The notes: generated from the sequence alone by a model not told the origin. Shown: positions 25,955-41,007, counted from the first letter of the stretch. The stretch is 64,000 bases of DNA from the human T2T-CHM13v2.0 reference genome, Homo sapiens (GCF_009914755.1 NC_060941.1); one strand, 5' to 3'. Translations and numbers: made by a program.

Positions 25955-26914
25955 TGGGTTCTCAGTCTTTTGTGGAATATCTTTGTTCTTCCTCCATTTT
26001 CCATCAGTTTTCCACTCTGGGGAGATGAGAATTCGTTAAAACAGAGTGAGCCAGCGTAGGATGGGGTAGGGAAATGAAGCCCACTGTAAACTCTGTGGGT
26101 GCTGAGAAACCTCAGGCTCCTAGGTAAAAGGAGGAAATCCAAGGTGGCTGTCCAGACACTGCCCAACTGTGCCACCAGAATTCTGAGCTCCGGCCAGCAG
26201 GCTCTAAAGGACAGGTGGGCACCTTGGAGACGTGAGGAGCAATCATCTTTGCTTCATATTCTACCTGTGGTTGCCTTTCAGCAGTTTTGGGAATGGGAGC
26301 TTTGGGGCATTTTATGTCCTTTGCATTGTCCGAAGAAAGGTAAAAGGAGCGATTGCTGTTACACTGGGGATTTCTGATCTGTCTCTGATAAAATCTGGTT
26401 GCATAGTTGATCTTCAGCAAAAGAGGAAGCGATGAATGAAATTGCTGTCCTCACTTGCCACCTCCCCTTCCTTTTATTCTTTGGTTTTTAAGTGTGGTGA
26501 AAATATCAATAAAGAGGCTGGCCATTTTGGTCCCAGTCAATGAACACTTGCCATGGGGTAGTCCTTGCCCAGTGGAGATCCAGCCCATATGGGCACCGTT
26601 GCATTGCCTGTGGGTCATAATGTTTTAAGGATATTCTGTTCAGTTGCCCTCTGAGTCCCTCCAACTAGATGAAGGCATTCTAGATTGCAGGGGAGGCGGG
26701 AAACAGTCTTGAGCTGCGGGATGATCTTGTCTCCTAGTCACGAGAAGGAGTATTGGAGATCCCATCATCTCATCTGCCTGTGGTCATTATTACTAAAACC
26801 TTCTTCAGCTGCCCAAACCACAGTAGGAGGTAGCCTTGCTCTTCCTCCCCTTGGAGCCATTTTCATGTGGGCATGAAAGTGATTGACAGGCTGTGAAGTA
26901 CCTCTCCCACCATC

Positions 26915-27230
26915 ACCCAACACTGTGAGGTAGGCGGAGCAGGGAAAGTTTTAATTACCATTATACAGATGAAAAAACTGGCCCTCTGCAGAAGTTAAGT
27001 GGTTTGCATGAGCCTGGGAGCTGGCACTGCAAGACAAGTCTACCTGCTACGGACAGAGTGCTCTTGTACCCTCGGGGTTCTGCCTCTGGTCACTCTCTAC
27101 ATAGCAGAAGCTCCACTGGCACTTTTGTATTCACAACTACCGGGTGCGATAAGGCAGTGAGGGTTATTATGATACCCCTTTTCACAGGTAAGGAAACAAG
27201 GCTCAGAGAGGTTCAACAACAGAGTCATAA
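26915..27230 (-). mobile_element. Two antisense MIR fragments
   Basis: caacactgtgaggtagg...ttatacagatgaaaaaactg; attatgataccccttttcacaggtaaggaaacaaggctcagagagg. Confidence 0.7.
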
Positions 27231-27639
27231 TTCTTCTTGTTGGAGAATTCATTTTGTTACATTTCATTCCCACCATCTGCAGTAAGGGAGACCCATTAAA
27301 ATATAGTATCCTGATTTTTAAAGAGAAGGTAACATTAAGGCCAGGAGGTTTGGGATTTGCCCAAGTTCACTGTGGGCTTCTGGACTCCCATGCCCAACAG
27401 CCTCCATGATGCAGAAGCGTCCCGCAAGAGCCTAGTGTTTTGATTCTTTTTTGGTGCCAGGAGACAGACTGTGGACCTGGAGTGGGTTTGGGGGCTGGAG
27501 AAGTAGAGGAGGTGGAGTTTCTAGAAGAGGGGTATATTGTGGGGGTAATAAGACCAATAACTACATAAGGACCTGCGTTTGGTCTTAGCAGTGAAAATTG
27601 CATCTTTAGCCTTATAGAGAATGTTGTTTTCCTCCATAA

Positions 27640-27830
27640 AATAACCTGCTTTGAGCACCGCTGTTGTGCTGGGCACCATTCCAGTTGCTTTTGCATCTGC
27701 TCTTTAATTTAATCCTCTCAGCAATGCTATGAAGTAGGTACCTGCCTCTTTTTTCCTCAGTTGAGGAACTGAGGCTCAGTGAGTTGAAGAAACTTGTCCC
27801 GGACCACACACCTGGTCTATGGCCATGGCA
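27640..27830 (-). mobile_element. MIR
   Basis: tttaatcctctcagcaatgctatgaagtagg...gaggaactgaggctcag. Confidence 0.75.
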
Positions 27831-27834
27831 CGTG

Positions 27835-28170
27835 GTCATTCAGCAAACGCTGAACACATGCTGTGTGTCAGGTACCATGCTGGACCCCAGGGATAAATCA
27901 GTGAACAGAACAGAAACGAATCCCGGTCATGACAGAACTCAACTCAAGCGGAGGGAGGTATAGGATAAACAGCAAAAATATACCAAAAAAGAAAATTACA
28001 TAGCACAATTAGAAAACGGTAGGAGCCACTTAAAAAAAACAACAGTGGAACACAGGGTAAAGGAGATTAGGAAGTACCTGGAGTGGGTTGCAATTTTACA
28101 TCAGCTGACCAGGCTGGGCTGCAGGGAGAGGGCTTGGAGGAGGTGAGGGAGTGAGCCCTACAAGATGTCT
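27835..28170 (-). mobile_element. L2 fragment
   Basis: cattcagcaaac...tgtgtcaggtaccatgctgg...cagtgaacagaacaga. Confidence 0.7.
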
Positions 28171-28304
28171 GAACTGACGCTCTCTCTTCAGAAAGAAAGG
28201 GAGGCCCAGCAAGTGGGAATGACTTGGCCAAGGTTACCCACTGAGTTAATGTCCAAACCGGGTCAAGAACCTGGGGATCCTCACAGCTGCCTTTGAAAGC
28301 TTCA

Positions 28305-28618
<314 letters not shown>

Positions 28619-30047
28619 AAAGCTTTACTTGGCTTCTCTATATCCCCTGAACATCTCTGACCTGGCTCTCTTGATATCAGTCTCCATGTCCAATTCTCCA
28701 TGTCTGCCTTCCAGCCTCTTCCACAGCCTTCAACCTTTGTGACATTGATTCCTGGTGGTCCCATCCTAGCCCCCAAACCTTCTCTGTCCTCAAAAGTCCC
28801 ATCTCTCTTCTCTCTTCAGATAAACGTACATCTCTTCACCCCAGCATCCCAGCGCCCTGAGTGAGGAATTAATGCTTTTATATTTGAAGAGATCGGCTGC
28901 TGTCATTTTTGATATCTTCTGTTTTTGTATGCGGGAACGCAGAGCACAATTAGAATACAGTTATATATCCTCATAGTTATTGAAGCTTGGATTAACATGA
29001 CATAAAGTTTTGTCTAGGGAGTCTTTTGCTATGGCTCAGGGAGCATTTTTTGTGACAGTAATAGGCTACAGTTAATATACTTGAATGATACTAGAATCTG
29101 TGTTATAAGGCAGAACAAAAGGGGTTTATCTGAAGCTGAATTACAAAGGTGGAATTATCACTGCGAATGATCCACAGAGATCTGGGGCTTAATTATTGTC
29201 GCTTGTGTCATTTCGGCATAATATGGGTAGTTACTGGAGCAGAGTAGAAGTGCGGGAGGGCCAGCCTGTCAATCACCCGGTGGATGCCAGGATTCCCACC
29301 CCTTACACTTAGCGCCACGCCAGCCGTGTGCCCTACAGAGCCACAGGAATGGATCCCTTTGGCCATCTGTGGCTATGTGGTACTTTCAGGTTTCTTAATG
29401 TTTTAATGACTCCCCTGTCCTACCTCCAGCCCAATCCCCCTCTCCCCACTTAGGTCCTTTGCCCTCTTGGCCCTGTCGAACCTTCCAGGAGGCTGATGAA
29501 CGGTCTCATACACTGATGGGCATTTTCTCAGCCCGGTGAGGCCGCCACCACCTTCCAGAGCCTAATTGTTTTGACAAGCGAAGGAGGCAAGCTAATGTGC
29601 TCTGTCAGCCATTTGGTCACATTTGGTCAAAGCCAGGTGTCTGGCTGCAAATAGGTGCACTCAGGTAAACCACATCCCCGTGTGCTCCGGGAGGACAGAG
29701 CACGCAGGAGGCGGGAGTGCTGCGGGCAGCCCTTCCCCATCCCTGGCTCCAGCGCATTCATTCTCCTCCCAGGCTCCAGTCAAGTCTGAGGGTGAAGGGT
29801 GGGAACAAGACAGTTCAGCACCTGAACAGGGCAGGGCACCCAAGGGCTTTTAGAAATGCTGTTAGATTTATAGGGACCATCATCCTCTTCTTACTATTTT
29901 TATTATCATTTTTCATTATCCACCTGCTAGGTGTGCAATTACAACTTGTTTTGTTGGTGGCTAAATTCAGCTGTCCTCCTCACCTTACTGTTAACCAAGA
30001 GAGGTATGGCCATTTTAAATGGCCAAAGTGTTTCTATTGGACCCTTT

Positions 30048-30387
<340 letters not shown>

Positions 30388-30689
30388 TGAGAGGTCATTG
30401 CACTGGTGCTTTTTGAAAAGCTACTCTGAGTGACCCCACGTATAAAGCGAGGAAAGGGAACAGGACTTTGGCAGGCAGCTGTGTGTGGCAGGAAGTGAAC
30501 CAGGAAGGTGCTGGGTGTAGTCTTCTCCCACCCTCCAGCAGTGCTGGGGAGCTGCGCTTGTTTGGGAACAGAGAGGTTCAGGAATGTCGGGTCTTTGTCA
30601 AGGTTACATGGCTGGAAAATCAAAAAGACAGCTACGTCTCTCTATGTCTGAAGGCCATGTTTTTCAGCTAGTCCTGTACTTTTTTTAAA

Positions 30690-30870
30690 GTATGGTCTTC
30701 TAAATACCTCATCAGAGATGTCTTTGGGCCCCTTATCCAAAATGAAGATTCCTGGGCCCCACCCCAAGACAACTGAAACATGCTTTCTGAAGGAGCAAGC
30801 AGCTTGGGCTGTGCATGTAACAAGTCACCAGGTGTGACTGATGCACACGCAGGTAGTTGGGGGCCGCTGC
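30690..30870. mobile_element. MER5-family fragment
   Basis: aaaatgaagattcctgggccccacccc...tgcatgtaacaag...tgatgcacac. Confidence 0.6.
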
Positions 30871-31822
30871 ACTGTCCGGACAAGCTGATGACAGCTCCAG
30901 CCCTGGTGTTCCCATAGATGCCTAGGTATTAGTTTGAACACCACATGTCCTCAGATATTCTTCATACCAAGAGAGCTGGTCCTTGGTACATTATACCCTA
31001 CTGGGCTGGGGTAACAGAAAGTGGGAGCCATGACCTCAAATTAAATTAGAGCCAAAAAGGGAACATGTGGGATTTTCTTCACATCTCCCATTTAATAAAT
31101 GAGAGAACTGATCCTGCAAGTAAGAGAATTCCATGAAGGACATACATTCACAGCAGATCTGGTCCTAGTAGCTGTTACCCCCGCTACCCTTAAAAAGTAA
31201 ATATCTATCACCACTTGCCTTCCTATTGCTACGATGATTTAAAAGAAGAGTTGGTTTTAATTAGAATAAACATGGTATTTTTCTTGCTGCAACAAGGCCT
31301 TCAAAGGGGAAAAAAATCTCAATACCCCAATTATGCCAAAGCGTTCCCAGTCCTATCCAGGAGTAATTAAAAAATACAGCTGACGCTTGTTCTCTTGCTT
31401 GTTTTTAAATGAGTAGCTAAGTATCTGTCAAGATGATGAGCACCTAGGCCGCTGACGGCCTTACCATCTCAATTTGCTCCCAGGAACTGCAGAGATGAGA
31501 ACACGAAAGCTGTTGTTTTGAACTGTGAGGTACCTGGCTACCCCAGGCACATGCATTTTGTGGTTGGTGGAGATCATCTCTCCGACCCCAGTACCAAAAT
31601 GTGGGATGGAAGGCCAGGCCTCATGTCCACATTCTTATGCCTGGAACACATCTCTTCTTTCCCTATGGGCAGCTGAAGTGGCTTCTTCCTGTGCCGCGCG
31701 GGGAGCTCAGCTTCTCTGCAGTACACAGCATGTTTTGAGGATCGTTGGGTAGAATTAGGTTGGCTTTGCTGGGGGAAATCCCCTAGTTGCAATTCACTTT
31801 TTAATTAGTTCATGGAACCTTT

Positions 31823-32049
31823 CTTTCTTTTTTTTTCTTTTTTTAAATTATACTTTAAGTTCTAGGGTACACGTGCACAATGTGCAGATTTGTTATATAT
31901 GTATACGTGCACCATGTTGGTGTGCTGCACCCATTAACTCGTCATTTACATTAGGTATATCTCCTAATGCTGTCCCTCCCCCCTCCCCCCACCCCACAAC
32001 AGGCCCCGGTGTGTGATGTCCCCCTTCCTGTGTCCAAGTGTTCTCATTG
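31823..32049 (-). mobile_element. 5'-truncated L1PA 3' end (~230 bp)
   Basis: ttatactttaagttctagggtac...ccctcccccctccccccaccccac...gtgttctcattg; TSD TGGAAC(C/T)TTT at 31813 and 32050. Confidence 0.93.
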
Positions 32050-32159
32050 TGGAACTTTTATTTCTAAAATATGCCCCCAGGTGAATTGAGAAGTCATTTT
32101 GCATATTAACACCATCCATTTGGTGACAATTGGGCTTTTTTTCCTCAAGCTAAGGGCAA

Positions 32160-32597
<438 letters not shown>

Positions 32598-32634
32598 TTA
32601 CCCATCAGTTTACAGCATGTTTTTATATATGTGG

Positions 32635-33193
32635 TGTTCCGGTTATCTATTGATGCATAACAAATCACCCAAAAACTTGTTGGCTTAAAACAACAGCAAT
32701 CGTTATATTATTTCTCGTGGTTTCTGTGGAGCGGGAATTTGGGCGGGACTCAACTGAGTGGTTCAGGCTGGGAGCATCTCATGAGGTTGCAGTCAGACAT
32801 GAGGTTGTAGTTCTAGTGGCTGCCACTGGCACAACAGGGGCTGACGAAGCATCTGTCCAAGGGATCTCAGGACTTCTCCCCATGGTCTCTCTGCATGAGC
32901 TGGTTTGAGCTTCTTTATATCATGGCTGCCTCAGGCAGTCAAACTCCTTGTACAGAAGCTTAGGGCTGGAGCACAAATGTTTCCACAGACAAGGCAGAAG
33001 CGTGTTCACTTTTTTTTTTTTAACCTAACCTCAAAGGTCAAACAACACAAGTGAGTCTCAAACTCTCAACTGGAATGAAGGGGAGGGGACATAGAGCTCA
33101 CCTCGGGATTGGAGGCGTATTGAGGTCCTATCGTAGATCGCATGTGGCACGGGGGAGATATTGTGGCCATCTTAGGAGAATACAGTCTGCCAC
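32635..33193 (-). mobile_element. MaLR solo LTR (MLT1G-like)
   Basis: ttatctattgatgcataacaaatcaccc...ggcttaaaacaac...tctcatgaggttgcagtcaga...tacagtctgccaca. Confidence 0.75.
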
Positions 33194-33199
33194 ATGTGG

Positions 33200-33330
33200 T
33201 CACTCTCAGACACGCTCAGGACGGGTAGGAGGTCTTATTATCACCATTTTACAAACTGGAAACTCAAAGCCAGAGAGGTAAAGTAGTTTGCCTGCAGTCA
33301 CTCAGATCTTAAGTGGATATTAGAACTCAT
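33200..33330 (-). mobile_element. MIR fragment
   Basis: ttattatcaccattttacaaactggaaactc...gagaggtaaagtagtttgcc. Confidence 0.7.
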
Positions 33331-33757
33331 ATCCTGAGGGATGTGAGAAAAGGGGAAAGAAGGCAGCACCAAGTAGCTTGTCCAGGTGACCTTTGGGGGC
33401 AGGTGGGACTTGGTGGCTCTATACCTCAGATCTCTCTTCGCCACCATATGAAATGAGTTGCGTCTTTTTTTTTTTTTTCTCTTTCTCTCTCATATAGACT
33501 CTTGGGTGCAGGGAGGGAAGAGCCAGGTGGGGTGGGCTAGCAAGAGGAGGAGCGAGCTCTGGAGGAGGAGGTTGGACAGTTGCCCGCTTGGTAGAGCAGC
33601 TAGTTTTTTACAACCACTGTCAGGAGAGGAAGGGCCATCCGGGTCTGTAGGGTGTGTGTGTTGACCAGGCTTTACCCAGAGCACTGTCCTGTCTCTTCTG
33701 AAGGTCAGGGCACTCAATGAAGGACAAGTCCAGCTGTGGCCTTTAAATTAGAAGACT

Positions 33758-34042
<285 letters not shown>

Positions 34043-34054
34043 TTAACCAATATG

Positions 34055-34255
34055 ATTAATAATAATGGCAGCATCAAGAGCCTGTACTTCCTATGTGTTT
34101 CCATGTGTGTAAATGCTCTGTCACACCGTCTCATTTCACCTCATTTCCCCATAAAGAACATTCTATTAACTGGGGTTCAGAGAGTAACTTGTTCTGTCGC
34201 TCACCCAAGATCGCCGTGTGGTTCCTGAGTGTAAGGTGTGAAGCCAAGTCTCTGT
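34055..34255 (-). mobile_element. MIR
   Basis: aataataatggcagc...tctcatttcacctca...cccaagatcgc. Confidence 0.55.
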
Positions 34256-35249
34256 GGCCCTGGGGCCCGAGCCCTCAACTGCCCTGCTAGGGTCCAAGCT
34301 GACCACTGCAGGGCCTTAGTCTGGAGGAACGGCTTGACTCCGGACATCTGCAGGAGTGTTTGCTGTGTTGAGTTGAGCCCCTCTGCCAGACGTGTCAAAA
34401 CAAATGCTTTTGTGTGTTTACTGCCTCACACGCTCAGCCAGAAGCTCCTGTTTTATCATCTAGTTTAGATTGAGGGGAAGAGGCTTCATCAGTAAGGACC
34501 TGTCTCACTCTTCATCCCACGGCCCTGGGCCAGGCCCTGTTAGCTTTCAAGAAGGCAGTTTATCCCTCAAGGGTGGTCCTGCCTCCAGGCTGCCCCCACC
34601 CCATCCCTGTGGTTCTGCGCACAGAATATTGTTAGATTTGATTTTTCCAAGTCGTCTCTCTCAGTGCCTAAAAGAGATTCTGGCGTGCTCAGCGAAGTTT
34701 TTTGAAGTGACCAAATGAACAGTATGTGTGCTGATTCATCTCCCCTCACTACTGTCAGGGTGAACCAAGTTCAGCCGTTGGCAACGAGACGGACCTAGAA
34801 TAGCCCCTGCTCCTGGAGATTTTATTCATAGACCCTTCAACACAGCCTGCTCTTATAGACACAGTCATTACATGTCTTGGGTTTTTCAGGAAGATTTAGA
34901 TTTTCTGTGTCAGATGATGTATTTAAGATAACTTCAGTCACTGCGTAGCTCTGCAGGACAACCATTTATTACAGGTCTATTTCAATTTTTGAAACTTATA
35001 GTAGAGACAGTTGCTAAGTTCAAGCTCTCAGAGCTCACCTCCAGGTTGCATAGCCAGTTTCTAGGAGGGTCCTGGGTTTCAAGAGCAAGAGATTCCCCTC
35101 ATCCTCCACTCCTGGGCTATAGGCAGGTACAGAGTACAAGGCTCAGAAGGGCCCACCAGCGATGTGGGGCTCTCCAAGGGTCCTCTAGGAAGGAGACCCC
35201 AGGGGAGAGAGAATGAGTTGGGGCAACCAATAGGAAAAGGGCTAAGAAT

Positions 35250-35620
35250 CACGTTAACATTTATGGAATAGGCCACGTGCACCTGGCATTTCACACTTGG
35301 CACCTGGTTCTTTACCACATTAAAAGATGAGTTTAACTTTTCTCATCTTACAGGTGACGTGGTACAGAGTTTAAGAGCATGGGCTCTGGGGTCCACTGTT
35401 GGGTTTAAATCCAGGTTCTTCTCCTCATAAGCAGGATGAACTTAGCCAAATTTCTCAGCCCTCTGGATTTCAGTTTCCTCATTGATAACATGGAGACGAT
35501 GATAATAGTGCATCCTTTGAAGGTGTAATGTGTGAATTGAACTAGATAACTTTGTGAAATGGCCGGCATAGTGTCAGATCTACAGTAATTGTGTAATAAG
35601 AATTAGCTGCTATTATTATT
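35250..35620. mobile_element. Antisense MIR fragment joined to a sense MIR
   Basis: aacatttatggaatagg...catcttacaggtga then gtttaagagcatgggctctgg...tcagtttcctcat. Confidence 0.7.
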
Positions 35621-35665
35621 GTTGTTGTTTGAGGGATATGGACAGGGAATGGAGAAGATGACTCT

Positions 35666-35668
<3 letters not shown>

Positions 35669-35715
<47 letters not shown>
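35669..35715. repeat. Perfect (AT)23 microsatellite
   Basis: Uninterrupted AT run. Confidence 0.97.
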
Positions 35716-35718
<3 letters not shown>

Positions 35719-36409
35719 ATCATTCTGTCATGCAGGAAGGTCTGGGCTCTAGATTTAAGCCTTCTAGCATCTAATGCTGGGTCACTACTGTGATCAGAGG
35801 TCCTGATGAGGCTGTTTGCGTGTTTGTGCACAGAGGCGCATGTGTTGGGAACCGACCACCTACCCTTCCCCAGCACCATTACATACCCAGGCTCTGCTCT
35901 GACCTTACAGCCCACCCTCCATGGCCCCCAAGTGGTCTTGGGAGCAGATGCACAGCTGGTGGATTGGGCCTGGGCCCTGGCTTGCTCACCAAGCCCTGAG
36001 CTTCTGTTTATGACTAATTGCTTTGTTTGTTCTGTATGAGACACTTAATTTTTTTTTTCAGTGATTTACTCCTCTTTGTAATTAGGTGTGGTGATTAGAA
36101 TCTTGTTCCTATTACAATGGAGTTTTCCTTTTAATTCATGCACATTCACCAGGCCTATCTCCGTCTGTTCCATTGATTGTCCCCAGTTGGCTTTTCCCAA
36201 GCTGTCATATAAATCACAGTTCAGGGGTGGCTTAGAGACTGATACGAGTCCAAGGAATGAAAGAGAGCTGATGGGGAGTTTTGTTATATTCAGCTACCCA
36301 ATAGTGATACATATTTAAGGATGAAGTCTCAATAAATCAGGGCACAAGGAGTTGGCAAATTACTTTAATAGGTGTTCTTTACTATATCTTCTGCATGTGA
36401 TTTATTTTT

Positions 36410-36565
36410 TTATTAAAAATGTCATTACACACACATATACGTTTTGCTAGGAAAAGGTCTGAAAATAAACACTGAAGTGTTAACAGTGGGTGATTTGTAT
36501 TTTCTTCTCTTTGCTCATAGGCAGTTTCTGCCATGTATATATGACACATGTATTAAAAAATAAGA
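36410..36565 (+). mobile_element. Old L1ME 3' fragment
   Basis: gaaaaggtctgaaaataaacac...tgttaacagtgg...tattttcttctctttgct. Confidence 0.55.
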
Positions 36566-36812
36566 GGTTTTGCAGGCCCTCCTTTATAACAGATTAGAAA
36601 CAGCACATTTGTCAACTAGCCCAAGGTCACTTCACACATCAGCAAAAGACTCCAGGTCTTTAAAGTCCCAGAGCAATTGCTCAGTCCCCAGAGCTGACGT
36701 TCATCCGTCAGTCAGTCAGCAAGTAGTCATTGAGTCCTGGGTCTGGGGTGAGGGGCAGAGAAGGCATAAGATGTGGTTCCTGTTCACAGGTGCTTATGGT
36801 TTAGGGAGAGAG

Positions 36813-37112
<300 letters not shown>

Positions 37113-37726
37113 GGGAGAGAGGTTTTTGACAGAAACTTTCTCTTCCCCTGACCATGGCTCTGACCTCTCAAATTCCCCAGACTTTGGTTTCTCCTCCACG
37201 GATCCTCCTCCTTCATGATGCTGTGAAGGTGGCCGATGCCAGGGCATTGACCTCTCGGTTCCGCCTCTTCCTGCAGGGCACCCTCCCTTCCCGTGGTCTC
37301 CCATCCAGCCTCCTTGTTGCTAGCTCTTGAGGCTGTGTGCCCTCCCGTTATGACCTCACAAGGCAGCCCCCCGGGATTCTCCTCATGCCTTTCCTTCAGT
37401 TTTCCCTTCTGTGGAACACAGACAAAGTCATGTTCCTCCTAAGTAAAGGGCTGGAGAGAATTCAGTGGAATGACAGACCAGTGGACTTGACTGGGGGTGT
37501 GCGTCCGAGGGGACCTAGATGTGATGCTGGAAGGCAGGGTAGCTTGCCTCGGGCCATGAGTGCTTGGATATTTCCCTGTGGGCAGTCGGAGACATGGAAG
37601 GTTTTCAGTGATCCTTCAGGAAAAGTAACCGGGTCACAGTCAGTGATGCCAGGAAGGTGGCCATCTTGTGTTAGGTCACAACTTACAGTGACAAGGTTCT
37701 GAAGCAAAGAGAGTTGTAGAAAAAGT

Positions 37727-38151
<425 letters not shown>

Positions 38152-40307
38152 TCACTAGTTGAAATGGAGTCTGGGGGAAGGTGTGTTTGTCATTGTTAAG
38201 ATGTGCTGGGGTTGGAGGTCCCAGAATATCCATGTCACGGGAAACCAACAGCAAAGAAGTGAGCCTGCTGCTCTGGGGACAGGCCTGGCAACAGAGCACA
38301 GAGAGGCAATGGCTCTTCTTGCCACCTTCTTGCATAGGGGAGAGAGCTCAGATGGCAAGGGTGGGGGCCATGGATCAGGTAGGATGGATGACGCCCTGGA
38401 GATTTATGGGGTGAGAGAAGAAAAGGGAGCCTGGGAGAGTTACAGAGAGGGGGTAGAGCACCTGGGGCCTAGAAAACCCCAGAGAAAGCATGGACATAAG
38501 GGAAGGTTGGGAGTTTAGGTATATTCTTACATTTTCCTTGACGTGTTTTCCTATTTAATAAAAAGGGGTGGGGTCTTCCAGACTTACTGAACAAATTAAC
38601 AAGGAAAAAGCTCATCCCCTAACATATGCAGGTATTCCTTGCTTTTAAAAAGAATGCCTCACCAGAGTTGCTTAAGCAGAAATGTGTACAACTTGGTAGG
38701 CTATTCACTCTTTTGCCAGGGGAGTAAAAACCAAGAGAGAATGAAATTTCAGGTTAAAGCTATGCCAGTGGTTATTTGGTATGGCCGAGTGCCATCTTGG
38801 TTTGGGGGTGCGGCGGGGGGTTGTGTATATATTCAAGTTAGTATGTAAGTCAGGGTGGAGTCGGGGGACAAGGTGAAAAGCATATGGGAAATAAAAGCAG
38901 TTTCTCTGAAATTCTGTGGCTGTAGATTTCTTTCTCTGGAACCAAAGAGAAACTTTAATGAGTTTTCCTTTGCAGGTAAAGCAGTTTTATTCTGTAGCTG
39001 AGACTTCTCTAAATAAAGCAGCCTTCCTTCTACCTCCACTGCTCAGGCTCTCCCTTCCTGATGGCCCCCTCCAGACTCTCTTTAAAACAGAGTTTCATGC
39101 ATGAGGAAGCATCATAATGTAATACTCATCTTATCTCCACACTTACCCAGCAGGCACTTACAAAAGGACAGTGGGCAAACCTTAGAAATCTCTGTGGCAA
39201 GCGGAGGTGGGACGTTTTCTTTAAAGACGCCCTCACCTAGGTCTGTCCAGGGCAGGACCCTGATGGGCCAGTTAGCCACGATCAGGGTTTCCCTGCTCCG
39301 GCTCTTTCTCTTTGAAAGGCGTGGGCTCATCTTCCTTTACATTTCCAAGGTTCTCCACTTGTCTCCCTCGTGATAAACAGTGTAAGGCGGAGTGTCTAAA
39401 GGACTCGGGGAAAACCTGCGGGGTTATTATGGCTCATTTGGTAGATGAGAGGGATCTGTAATTTTCCGTGGTGTATTTGTATGCACAGAGATGTGATAAA
39501 GATGGCTTGTAGCCTCTTTCATTTTCCAGATGTCTCACAAGTGGATAAACATCGCTTCTTTCTCTGGCTGTGGGTCTGCTCTTTCTGGTGTGCTCCTGAT
39601 GCCATGTTCCCTGGGAACGTTCGCAGTCATCTCACCGTCCCCGAGAACAGCCATTTTGTCTTGGCAGGTCTTCCCCTGGCCTTCCGAGGGAGTAGGGAGA
39701 AGGCTGCTGTCGGGGGAGGCCATGGGAGTGGAGGGGGCTCTGCCTCGTCTTCCAGAACCGTTCAAACATCTGGATGTGTTTAGCCCTTTTGATTCGAGTT
39801 GAGCAAATCTGGAGCTTGCTTTTTGTGCCTGTTGAAGGGCAAACCTTCCTGTGTCTTCCTCCATGTACAGACTGTGGGGACAGCCAGGGTTAGACAGGGC
39901 GTCTTGGGAGGGGAAGGACTTAAATCTCATGAAGACAGATTTCTGACAGCTAGGAAATGCCTGGAAATGGTGTGTATGTTGGGGTCAGGGAGGATCTGTA
40001 GGGTGATTTTCAAGCCAGTGCAGGCCCAGCCCAGACTCACAAACCTCCCTGCTGCTTGGTTAAACACATCTTAAAGATGCTAATTTTGTTGTACATTGAC
40101 ATGGTGAATGTTTTCCTAGTGTTGAATCCATAATGTATTTGGTATGAAGCTATAAAAAACCCTTTCTTATTTCCCTCCCTTTTATTTTACCTCCAAGATT
40201 TGTTAAATGAAGAATTTGTCTTTCTCAATCTATCTGTTTCTCTGTGTGTGTTGGGGGGGGGGGTGTAAATCTCTTCCCATTGGTTGGTTTTTGTCTTTGT
40301 CTCTCTC

Positions 40308-40308
40308 T

Positions 40309-40344
<36 letters not shown>
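40308..40344. repeat. (TG)n microsatellite, with a G11 run nearby at 40253-40263
   Basis: Direct observation. Confidence 0.9.
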
Positions 40345-40345
<1 letters not shown>

Positions 40346-40882
40346 TCCCCCACCCCCGACAATGACTAAGAAGCATTGAGAACTGGGCTTTTTCCTACAG
40401 ATGCAGTGTGTCTTCTTCAAAGTGGGAGTCTGTGTACTTCTTCCAAAGATCCTGCCTTTGCTCTGCGCAGTTTCAAAGTGTTCACTGTGAACTCATATTC
40501 AGACTCTAGCATTTTCTTCTGAATATCCTCACTGGTGATAAATCTTTGGCCTTTGAAAGTGGATGTGATTTTTGGAAACCATTGCCAGTCTTGGTTCCAA
40601 ATGACTTGTGGCCAAGATTGATTATGCTGTTTTTGGACCAAAATGCAATAGGACTATAAAATAATGACTAGTTGTTTTGCATGAGTTGGGAACTGACTAG
40701 AAGGGAATTCCCCACCCCCCTGACCCCCGCCTCACCAAAGTTTCAAGAAAATATTTCAAGTCTTAGTGAATAAAGACAGGGCCTTCCATGGTGACTTCTT
40801 TGAAGGGGATGATGACCATATGCCGTCCACTCCGGTGTATTTGTCTATCAAACAACAAGACAGAGGGTGTATTTTTTTCTGC

Positions 40883-41007
40883 TTTTAAATTTGTAGGACG
40901 GGTCTTGTTGTATTGCCCAGACTGGTGTCGATCTCCTGGCCTCAAGCGATCCTCCCACCTCAGCCTCCCAAAGTCCTGAGATGATAGGTGTGAGCCGCCA
41001 TGCCTGG
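40883..41007 (-). mobile_element. Free left Alu monomer (FLAM_C-like)
   Basis: Single monomer ctcctggcctcaagcgatcctcccacctcagcctcccaaag. Confidence 0.8.
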
